From: Limisphaerales bacterium
GTDB taxonomy: Bacteria > Verrucomicrobiota > Verrucomicrobiia > Limisphaerales > AAA164-E04
Reading direction: 5' to 3'
DNA length: 64,000 nt
NCBI GenBank assembly: GCA_965203425.1
Contig: OZ241891.1
Span: 172,247-236,246 of the forward strand
Part shown: piece after piece, positions 37,577 through 45,124 of the stretch
How positions within the stretch are numbered: position 1 is the first letter of the stretch
Layout of the letters: every line of letters starts with the position of its first letter
Position numbers and translations under genes: made by a program
Notes under the pieces: model-generated
Told to the model about the DNA's origin: nothing
Databases searched by the model: none
The model's input: the letters and a program-made list of their open reading frames with translations, nothing else

Positions 37577-40300
37577 CTATCGAGCGAGGTAGAACATCAT
37601 GCCCGCCGGCTCATCGCCCGCGGTCGGATCAACAAGGAACGGATTGGGCGCATCCGCTATCTCATGGAACGGGCCGTCCACTTGCTTGGCGCCGTGCAAT
37701 CTTCCTGTGTATTCGATTACGATTACGCCCTCGGTGTTGACGGACACAGAAATACTCGCAGGCTCCATCGGCGGCTCGGGAGACTCCACTTCGGGCAAAA
37801 ATTCCGTCGCACCCAACGCAATGGGAACGGTGTCATTAAACTCGCCGGTGTTGCTCAAATAGAAATCGTCCAGCCGGAAAATCCTCCCCGTTTCACTGGC
37901 GGTTAACACGGTCATGAACAAAGTGTCCAACTGCGGTTGCACGCCGCCAAGATCGACAGAGCCGGCCGGATTGCGATCCGAAACAAGGTCTTCGGCCAAC
38001 GTCTTTCGCTCGCCGCCGATTTCTTGGATATGAATGTTAAACGTGTCTCCGTCTTCAATGGATCGATTGTCCACCTCCAGCCAAACATTGTAAGTCGTGC
38101 CATATTCCAAAGCGTCGTCCGGCTCCGCAATAAAATCGAGACTACCGCCAACGCCGTTGATGGCCTTCAATTCCAAGAATCCCTCGGACTCTCCAGTATT
38201 GTCAAACTGGATGAACGGCCCCACGTCGTTGTCGAAGTCGCCGACAAATCGAATCGGCTTCTCGGACAGACCGACGTTGAAATTCAAAGTGTCGCCATCC
38301 GCGTCCGGCGTCACATACATCCGGAAAAACACAGTGGTCTGCTCGCCTTCCTCAATCGTCAACGACTTCAATTCAACAGCATTAAGCGCCTGCGCCGCGC
38401 CGAAGATTAAAGACTGACTGGGATGATTGGAATCGCTTTCCAACACTTCCGCCGCTCCCACCGGGTTCTTCCAAGAGCCAAGCCCTTTGATGCTCCCCGC
38501 CGGCCAAGCGTCAAAGTTGTCAATCAGCGTCCAACCATCGCTCACGCCGTCCAGCGCGCTGACTTTGAAATCAGCCGAAACAGAATCGCCACCGCGCTCC
38601 GCCGTCAAAGTAAAAGTCTTCGTCGCCTCAAGAGAAACCTCCTTGCTCCCCACGCCAAAAACGGAATCCGCCGTAACATCGCCCACGCCATGATTAATGC
38701 TCAAAGTAGCATCCGCGCTGGCATCCCAACGCAACACGACGGAACCATCCTTCACCACCGCCGGAAAATCAGCGACAAAACTGCGAATCACAAGCGGCTG
38801 CGTCCGAGAAAGCGATTCCGGCACGCCGCTGTCTTGGATTTCGGCGATTTCCTCCTCTGACAAAGCGCGCTTCCATATCGCCACCTCATCCAAAACCCCG
38901 TTCACCCAATGCGACGCCGACGCCCGCAATATCCCTCCAATCGATGTGTTGTTCAAAGGCCAACCCCCCTCCGCCGGCTGCGCCGCAATCTCTAACTCAT
39001 CCAAAACCCCATCGATGTAAACCGCCCGCGCCCCATTCTCCTGCACAAACACAATATGATGCCAATCCCCGTCAAACGGCTCGCCCACCGTGTAAATATG
39101 CCCCACCACCGGCCAGCCCGAACCGTTATTCCGTATGAAAATATCCAACTGATCAGAACCGCCCCCGTTGTGCGTCCCTAAGTTGAACAACGGATCGCTG
39201 TTCTCCGTGTTCCCTTCGGAAAAAATCCGCAGATCATTCTGCCCCGTGCCTTCCAACTTCGCCCAAATCGACAAAGTCCAAGACTCATGCTGATTAGCCG
39301 GCAAGTCTTCGCCCGCCTGATGCACCCGCGAAAGCAAAGTCTGCCGATCAAAGCTGAACTCAAAGGCCATCCCCGTCTGGCCGTCCACCAAGTCTTCCGC
39401 CGACAAATTCGTCAAATCCATATCATAACCGCCAATCACATCCGGCGTCTTCGTCCCTTGCACCTCATCCAACGGCCAATGCGAAACCAAACCTCTGGCC
39501 AAAGGCGAGAGTATCGAGCTCATCCCGTTGTCTTGGATTTCGGCGATTTCCTCCTCTGACAAAGCGCGCTTCCATATCGCCACCTCATCCAAAACCCCGT
39601 TCACCCAATGCGACGCCGACGCCCGCAATATCCCTCCTATCGAAGTGTTGTTCACCAGCCAATCCCCCTCCGGCTTCTCCGACAATCCCTCAATCCCATC
39701 CAACTCCCCGTCGATGTAAACCGCCCGCGCCCCATTCTCCTGCACAAACACAATATGATGCCAATCCCCGTCAAACGGCTCGCCCACCGTGTAAATATGC
39801 CCCACCACCGGCCAGCCATCTTGCCGAATATACACATCCAACTGCCCGGATGCTCCCTGATTGTGCGTCCCCAAGTTAAACAACGGATTGCTGTCCTCCG
39901 TGTTCCCCTCAGAAAAAATCCGCAGATCATTCTGCCCCGTGCCTTCCAACTTCGCCCAAATCGACAAAGTCCAAGACTCATGCTGATTAGCCGGCAAGTC
40001 TTCGCCCGCCTGATGCACCCGCGAAAGCAAAGTCTGCCGATCAAAGCTGAACTCAAAGGCCATCCCCGTCTGGCCGTCCACCAAGTCTTCCGCTGACAAA
40101 TTCGTCAAATCCATATCATAACCGCCAATCACATCCGGCGTCTTCGTCCCGCGAACTTCGTCCAACGGCCAATAAGAGACCAAGCCGTCTTTCAAGTCTT
40201 GGGCTTCCAAACGGCTCAAACCAGCCAACAAAACCAGCGCGGCAACCAACCGAGCCGCGTTCCGCGAGAAACGGGGGGGGGGGGGGGTAAAACTATGCAT
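37577..40300 (-). CDS. Secreted protein with two tandem LamG (concanavalin A-like lectin) domains plus C-terminal beta-rich region
   Basis: ATG 40300: MHSFTPPPPRFSRNAARLVAALVLLAGLSRLEAQ. Two units of about 231-233 aa follow, containing WPLDEV...LRIFSEGN...GDWHHIVFVQENGARAVYIDG...LDEVAIWKRALSEEEI. Confidence 0.8.
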   Translation of the reverse strand: MHSFTPPPPRFSRNAARLVAALVLLAGLSRLEAQDLKDGLVSYWPLDEVRGTKTPDVIGGYDMDLTNLSAEDLVDGQTGMAFEFSFDRQTLLSRVHQAGEDLPANQHESWTLSIWAKLEGTGQNDLRIFSEGNTEDSNPLFNLGTHNQGASGQLDVYIRQDGWPVVGHIYTVGEPFDGDWHHIVFVQENGARAVYIDGELDGIEGLSEKPEGDWLVNNTSIGGILRASASHWVNGVLDEVAIWKRALSEEEIAEIQDNGMSSILSPLARGLVSHWPLDEVQGTKTPDVIGGYDMDLTNLSAEDLVDGQTGMAFEFSFDRQTLLSRVHQAGEDLPANQHESWTLSIWAKLEGTGQNDLRIFSEGNTENSDPLFNLGTHNGGGSDQLDIFIRNNGSGWPVVGHIYTVGEPFDGDWHHIVFVQENGARAVYIDGVLDELEIAAQPAEGGWPLNNTSIGGILRASASHWVNGVLDEVAIWKRALSEEEIAEIQDSGVPESLSRTQPLVIRSFVADFPAVVKDGSVVLRWDASADATLSINHGVGDVTADSVFGVGSKEVSLEATKTFTLTAERGGDSVSADFKVSALDGVSDGWTLIDNFDAWPAGSIKGLGSWKNPVGAAEVLESDSNHPSQSLIFGAAQALNAVELKSLTIEEGEQTTVFFRMYVTPDADGDTLNFNVGLSEKPIRFVGDFDNDVGPFIQFDNTGESEGFLELKAINGVGGSLDFIAEPDDALEYGTTYNVWLEVDNRSIEDGDTFNIHIQEIGGERKTLAEDLVSDRNPAGSVDLGGVQPQLDTLFMTVLTASETGRIFRLDDFYLSNTGEFNDTVPIALGATEFLPEVESPEPPMEPASISVSVNTEGVIVIEYTGRLHGAKQVDGPFHEIADAPNPFLVDPTAGDEPAGMMFYLAR
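38800..40195 (-). repeat. Tandem duplication of a ~693-699-nt LamG-domain unit inside the CDS
   Basis: 38831.. matches 39530.. at an offset of 699. 39226.. matches 39919.. at an offset of 693. I see only one mismatch over roughly 260 nt (about 39226-39480 versus 39919-40170). Confidence 0.9.
40273..40287. repeat. G15 homopolymer (C15 on the coding strand) inside codons 5-10 of the LamG gene
   Basis: 15 G counted at 40273-40287. The tract encodes T-P-P-P-P-R in the signal-peptide n-region. Confidence 0.95.
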
Positions 40301-40930
40301 ATCTAAGTCTTTCTTTACTAAGTCTTTCTTCAAAATTTTCGGATTACGGGAAAGAGAAAAAACCAATCGAGCAATCCATGCAAGAAAAAAATCTAATTTT
40401 TTGGCGAAAAAAAATAAACACGCCGCCCCCATTTTGTCCTCAATGACCGCAAAATCTCCCCTGCAAGACTTTCCGCTCTCCAAAAAACAACGCGAATTCA
40501 TTTTCATTCCGACAAAAAACCGCGCCCCTTCCTTTGAAACCATAAAGCAAAAATCCCACCTCCCCGCAAAAAACAAAATCCTTCAAACAAGACCTTGGCC
40601 TCCCATCCACTTCCCGCCACTCAACGACGTCGCCATCCAACAACAGAAAACACGGAAAGCCCAGCGTTTTATGCGCCGCCAAGACGCAATCGCGGCAAAT
40701 CAGCAACGCGCGCCCTCCCAAACGATAACCCTTTTGCATCCGCAAAGGAATCAAGACCGGCATTTATCGCCCTCAACAAAACGCCAAAATGCCTCCCACT
40801 CAAGTCGAGAACCCGCGCTTTTGGAACGTTTCCTAAAAAATACTCCTTCCAACACTCTTTCCGCTCTTTCCAATTTCGATTGCCCATGAATTGCTCCTCC
40901 GGGCTGAATTGAAATCCCTTTGGCAATCCA

Positions 40931-41239
40931 TTAGTCAATGCCCAATAATATCGTCAAGAGCACAAATAGGTTGGCCAAAGGGAAAAAGGACAACAAGAGC
41001 GCAAGAATTCTTTGCCAGCGTTTCCCCCATATCAAAACGGAGAATAGAAAAAGCGGGATCGATTGGAAAAACATCTCCTCAATCTTCCTTCCAAAAGCTT
41101 CCCAAGGCGTAGGATGGTGAGAGCCGAGAGCACTAGCAATAAGCACGAAATACAGAAAAATGAACAGAGAGCCAGTCAGCCGATACCCGGCGCATTTGTA
41201 TCGTTTTCCTAGAAAGTAGTTTTTGTAATCTCGTTTCAT
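40931..41239 (-). CDS. Hypothetical membrane protein
   Basis: 102-aa ORF with three hydrophobic segments, located in an A/T-rich region. Confidence 0.35.
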   Translation of the reverse strand: MKRDYKNYFLGKRYKCAGYRLTGSLFIFLYFVLIASALGSHHPTPWEAFGRKIEEMFFQSIPLFLFSVLIWGKRWQRILALLLSFFPLANLFVLLTILLGID

Positions 41240-41260
41240 CGTTTTCCTTATTGTTTATAG

Positions 41261-41566
41261 TCACGGTCCATTTCGTCTCAGATCCTGACAACCATAAATT
41301 TTGTAATTCTCCATTCCCCTAAATTTATCTATGCCCAGTATCGTTCCCTCCAATGCCTTGTGCACGAAAGCATTCATGCATACATCCAAGGGGCGGTTGG
41401 CCATCCAGTTGGCAAAGAAAGCGCTTAAAGCCTCTGCCATTTTGCTATGTTGAAGTGCTTGTCGTCCCCACATATTCCAGAAATTGGCGCCCGCTGGTGC
41501 ATCAATATCAGTTTCCCAGAGCACAATGGCGCGGGGTTTACGTTGTAATGCTTGATATTCTGCCAC
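41261..41566 (-). CDS. Hypothetical protein with unclear start
   Basis: The frame stays open upstream to about 41663 (KLNQHPYCLVILIGCETDGINWCNAFGITQKSST) and contains no ATG, GTG or TTG before GTG 41566. Confidence 0.3.
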   Translation of the reverse strand: MAEYQALQRKPRAIVLWETDIDAPAGANFWNMWGRQALQHSKMAEALSAFFANWMANRPLDVCMNAFVHKALEGTILGIDKFRGMENYKIYGCQDLRRNGP

Positions 41567-41661
41567 CGTGCTAGACTTTTGAGTGATCCCGAAGGCATTG
41601 CACCAATTGATCCCATCTGTTTCACAACCTATTAGAATAACAAGGCAGTAGGGATGTTGAT

Positions 41662-42240
41662 TTAGTTTTCATTGCGCTCTTCTTTGAGGATTGGTTCGGG
41701 GATGTTTTCCGTTTCTAGTTTGAAGCCGAGCCAAGGCCATCTGTCTATTCGGTCGTCAAAAAATAGCATGGCATCTTCTACCAGCTCCCCATCTTTCAAA
41801 ACGCCTCTCCAGACGTAAATTCCTGATAAAAACCGAGACCATAGCAATGCAGGGTAGTCCAAGTTTTTCGAATAATCTTCATGAACTCGTTTCTTTAACT
41901 CCTCAAAAGTTTCCGTAAAATACCAATAAAATATGGCGGCCGTCCCATCTTCCCAACGATCCGAAACAACTACATTGCGGCCGTTCTCCCAGAGGTTTTT
42001 CGCCCATAGCTTATTCTCAACATCAGGACAAGTAAAACCCATTCCTAACAACAAGTTGTCTTTGGACACAATAGGATCGTATTCAAAGAAGCCTATGTCG
42101 GGGAGGTTCTCGTAAATACGATTCAAGTAACGACAACGACGTTTTTCGTAATCGTCACAATTACGAGTTGGAAAATAATCCGCCATCTTTACCCTTTGCG
42201 ACAACGGATCGTAAAACACTACTCTTTGCATCTCGTTCAT
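41662..42240 (-). CDS. Hypothetical cytoplasmic protein (possible immunity-type orphan)
   Basis: 192-aa ORF, Trp/Tyr/Asp-rich, with no signal peptide and no recognised family. Confidence 0.45.
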   Translation of the reverse strand: MNEMQRVVFYDPLSQRVKMADYFPTRNCDDYEKRRCRYLNRIYENLPDIGFFEYDPIVSKDNLLLGMGFTCPDVENKLWAKNLWENGRNVVVSDRWEDGTAAIFYWYFTETFEELKKRVHEDYSKNLDYPALLWSRFLSGIYVWRGVLKDGELVEDAMLFFDDRIDRWPWLGFKLETENIPEPILKEERNEN

Positions 42241-42250
42241 GATTTCTCTC

Positions 42251-42487
42251 TTACCAGCGAATGAAATTCAACACAACGTTGCCAGAACCGGGCGCCAGAT
42301 TGTTGCACTCCGCGGCCAGAATGGCCGCATTGAGGAGGATGAGCGCATCGTCATTTCTAACCAAGGATCTAGCGTAATCTTCAAATGCGTCCGCAAAAGA
42401 TTCTGAATTGCTTTCCCAATCCAGCAAAATGAAACCACCCACGAAGGGAATGAACTTTCCGATGCCTCGCGCACCTTTTCTGAGCAA
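42251..42487 (-). CDS. Hypothetical small protein
   Basis: 78-aa ORF immediately downstream of the chimeric gene. It contains GKFIPFVGGFILLDW. Confidence 0.3.
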   Translation of the reverse strand: MLRKGARGIGKFIPFVGGFILLDWESNSESFADAFEDYARSLVRNDDALILLNAAILAAECNNLAPGSGNVVLNFIRW

Positions 42488-42532
42488 AGCACGATGGGCG
42501 GCGGTCTGGCGATTCTTTTGATTCGCTATGTG

Positions 42533-43945
42533 TTATCTCAATTTTCTCACTACTCGATCATCTTCATCATGTCCCTGCTGAATCAATATTGCAATTCTTT
42601 TCTTCTGCCTTTGGCGTCCATAATAAGCTTCTGATGCCGCTTTTCGCAAGAAATCTTCGGAGAGATCATCGTACAGATCGTGATTAATGCGAGGCAGAAC
42701 ACGATAATTTGGGTCACTCCATCCGTCACCATTGGCTTTTGTGAGTGTCTTTTTTGCATCGGGATGGTTCGCTAGCACGTAACCTGGCGGTGGATCGTAG
42801 GGATCATCTGGAAGATTGCGAGGGCTTAATGGAATAAATGAGGATGTGCTTGAGGCGGCACCGCCTGAACGAGAGACAAACATCTGGCTGGTGATTTTGA
42901 GTTGGTTGTCGCCCGGAACGCTGACGCTTAAGGCTACCATTGTGTTTCCATATCCAGAGACGGCAACGCCGGCGTGCACGCTCAATTCCGAAGCGGTGCC
43001 GACGGTGTTTAGTATAACTGAAGACTCGTGATAGCCCGGCTCTAAGGTAACGACAATGTCCAAGTAATCTTCGTAGTCGGTGATGCCGTCGTTATTGAAA
43101 TCTTCGTCGGAGTCGTTGGTTCCGTCGTTGTCGGAGTCGCTTCGGAAGGGGTTGGTGCCTAGATAATACTCGGCTTCGTTGCGCAGGTTGTCCGGCTCAA
43201 AGTCTTCTTCGGAATCATAAACGCCATTGCCGGCCAGTCCGGTGAAGGCGTCTATTTGGCCGTCTCCGTTTCGGTCGACTGCGGAGTCTGGGTTGGTAGG
43301 GTTGGTTTTGCTGACCAGCAGCTCAAAGCCATCGGTAAGGCCGTCTTGGTCGGTATCGGCTCGGCTGCCGCCGGTAAAGAAGCCTTGCGGCGAGGCGAAC
43401 CGAGAAACGGGAAGAGAAATAACTCCGGTGCCAACCCATTCTTTGATCCGCCGCATCCCGTTGAAAGTATGCCCTTGGTTGCCCATTTGCGTGATTACAT
43501 TGTAATGCTTAGCCGCTTTTCGCAAGGCGCGCAACTGCCGCACATTATGCGCCAAGGGTTTCTGCACAAACACGTGCTTGCCTCGTTCCATCGCGTCCAT
43601 TGCGGCCGCAAAATGCGTGTGATCCGGCGTGGAAACGGCGACGGCGTCGATTTCCTTCCACATTTTGTCGAGCATGACTCGGAAGTCCTTGAAGCGTCTG
43701 GCTTGGGGATGCTCTTTGAAAGCGGCGGCGGCTCGCGCGTCGTCCACATCGCAAAGCGCCACCAAGTTTTCCGAAGCGCCCTGTCTCACGGCATACCGCC
43801 CCATGCCTCCAGCGCCGACTACGGCCACGTTGATTTTGTGATGCGCCGCCCAAGCGGATCGCGTGATGGAAAAGCTGGGCAACGCCAAAGTGCCCGCCGC
43901 CAAACCCGCGGACTTAAGAAATACTCGTCGATTTGATTTCTTCAT
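42533..43945 (-). CDS. Chimeric protein: Tat-signal Gfo/Idh/MocA oxidoreductase N-terminal Rossmann domain fused to Ca-binding (TSP3/dockerin-like) repeats and an unrelated C-terminal region
   Basis: MKKSNRRVFLKSAGLAAGTLALP...INVAVVGAGGMGRY...HVFVQKPLA...ITQMGNQGH ends near residue 176. After that come DTDQDGLTDGFE...TNPTNPDS...DRNGDGQID...DSDNDGTNDSDEDFNNDGITDYED. The usual oxidoreductase C-terminal domain is absent. Confidence 0.65.
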   Translation of the reverse strand: MKKSNRRVFLKSAGLAAGTLALPSFSITRSAWAAHHKINVAVVGAGGMGRYAVRQGASENLVALCDVDDARAAAAFKEHPQARRFKDFRVMLDKMWKEIDAVAVSTPDHTHFAAAMDAMERGKHVFVQKPLAHNVRQLRALRKAAKHYNVITQMGNQGHTFNGMRRIKEWVGTGVISLPVSRFASPQGFFTGGSRADTDQDGLTDGFELLVSKTNPTNPDSAVDRNGDGQIDAFTGLAGNGVYDSEEDFEPDNLRNEAEYYLGTNPFRSDSDNDGTNDSDEDFNNDGITDYEDYLDIVVTLEPGYHESSVILNTVGTASELSVHAGVAVSGYGNTMVALSVSVPGDNQLKITSQMFVSRSGGAASSTSSFIPLSPRNLPDDPYDPPPGYVLANHPDAKKTLTKANGDGWSDPNYRVLPRINHDLYDDLSEDFLRKAASEAYYGRQRQKKRIAILIQQGHDEDDRVVRKLR

Positions 43946-44060
43946 ACAATTGTTCCTCCGAAAAATACGCAAATAAACTCCAAAGGCGCCGTTCCATCGG
44001 CGTCACTTGAAAATCATAATGCTGTTTAGCGACTCATTTTACGATGCAAAAAAACTCCGC

Positions 44061-44273
44061 TCATTTCCCGGAAACTCCCTGCTTCGTCGCCTCGGTGATT
44101 TCATAAGTTCTCGGCGAAGAAGTCCGAGTCATTTTTACACCTCGTTGCTTTAGAAACGGCCAGATTTCATTGATCAAGTAGTTGCCGAATGTGTCTCCCC
44201 TCGCTGCATCGGGATGTTGCGGCCAACGTTTTTTAACAATATTTAGCGCATCTGCCACTTTAAATTTGCCCAC
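44061..44273 (-). CDS. Probable 3' part of the NYN gene, in another frame
   Basis: The frame is open from the homopolymer onward (RANSASNKPSEKRIANVLIRELPVGKFKVADALNIVKKRWPQHPDAARGDTFGNYLINEIWPFLKQRGV...). The only start is GTG 44273. Confidence 0.45.
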   Translation of the reverse strand: MGKFKVADALNIVKKRWPQHPDAARGDTFGNYLINEIWPFLKQRGVKMTRTSSPRTYEITEATKQGVSGK

Positions 44274-44899
44274 TGGAAGTTCTCGAATGAGGACGTTCGC
44301 AATTCTCTTTTCGGAAGGTTTGTTGCTGGCGGAATTTGCGCGGGGGGGGGGGGGGGGGGGGCGTCGACTTCTTTGATGTTAATGTTGGGCAGGTCCCAGC
44401 GGTTGCCTTTGGGGACGAACATTTTGACGTTGGGCGAGAGATTGCCACCCGATACCGTGATCCAGAGAAACGGCGTCGAATCCATGCCTTTGGCGAGGGT
44501 CATTTCACGCAGTTTGGCAAACAGCACGCCAAAGTCGCTGTCGTTGCTGACAACGGCCGCGGCGGCAATCCGGCCGGTCACAAAGTCATCCACAACATCC
44601 GCCGTGATGGAAATGTCTGCGGCATTCTTGCTCTCCGCCCTGCTAAAGTGCTGGACACCGCGAACGCGGACGGAAATCTTTGACCAACGAGATTCCGCCC
44701 AAATCCGCCACACTTCCACTTGTGCGCTGTCAACGGACAGATAAAGGAGACGAAGCGGCGGCTGTTTTTCCGGCCATTTGGTAATCACATAATCAATGAC
44801 GGATTGCGCATTGGCTGCGCCTCCAAGGTTTTCCACGTCCACATAAACAGCGGCGCCGTTTGGCGCGCTTGCAGTCTTTATCGGTGATTGCACTTCCAT
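44243..44899 (-). CDS. NYN (LabA/DUF88-like) domain protein, 5' part of a gene split at a homopolymer
   Basis: From ATG 44899: AAVYVDVENLGG...VVSNDSDFGVLFAKLRE, the NYN acidic signature. This is followed by VDAPPPPPPA, encoded by the C20 tract, and then a short out-of-context tail. Confidence 0.65.
   Translation of the reverse strand: MEVQSPIKTASAPNGAAVYVDVENLGGAANAQSVIDYVITKWPEKQPPLRLLYLSVDSAQVEVWRIWAESRWSKISVRVRGVQHFSRAESKNAADISITADVVDDFVTGRIAAAAVVSNDSDFGVLFAKLREMTLAKGMDSTPFLWITVSGGNLSPNVKMFVPKGNRWDLPNINIKEVDAPPPPPPAQIPPATNLPKRELRTSSFENFQWANLKWQMR
44342..44361. repeat. G20 homopolymer (C20 on the coding strand) inside the NYN gene
   Basis: 20 G counted at 44342-44361. Confidence 0.95.
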
Positions 44900-45124
44900 A
44901 GCCAACTTCCAATTATTCCGAGAAAGCGGAATTTTAGCGGCGATTGCCGGGCGATGCAATCCATTTCTTCCACTTACCGCCAGCGCCATTTTCCGCAAAC
45001 GCAATCGCTTGCATTCAACCCCCCAATTCCACCAAACCGCATAGACGAAAGAATCACCCGCGCCGCGGAAATAAGGCTTTGCCGCCAAGTTCGTTTCCGT
45101 TATACTTGCTCGCTCTAAATCATT

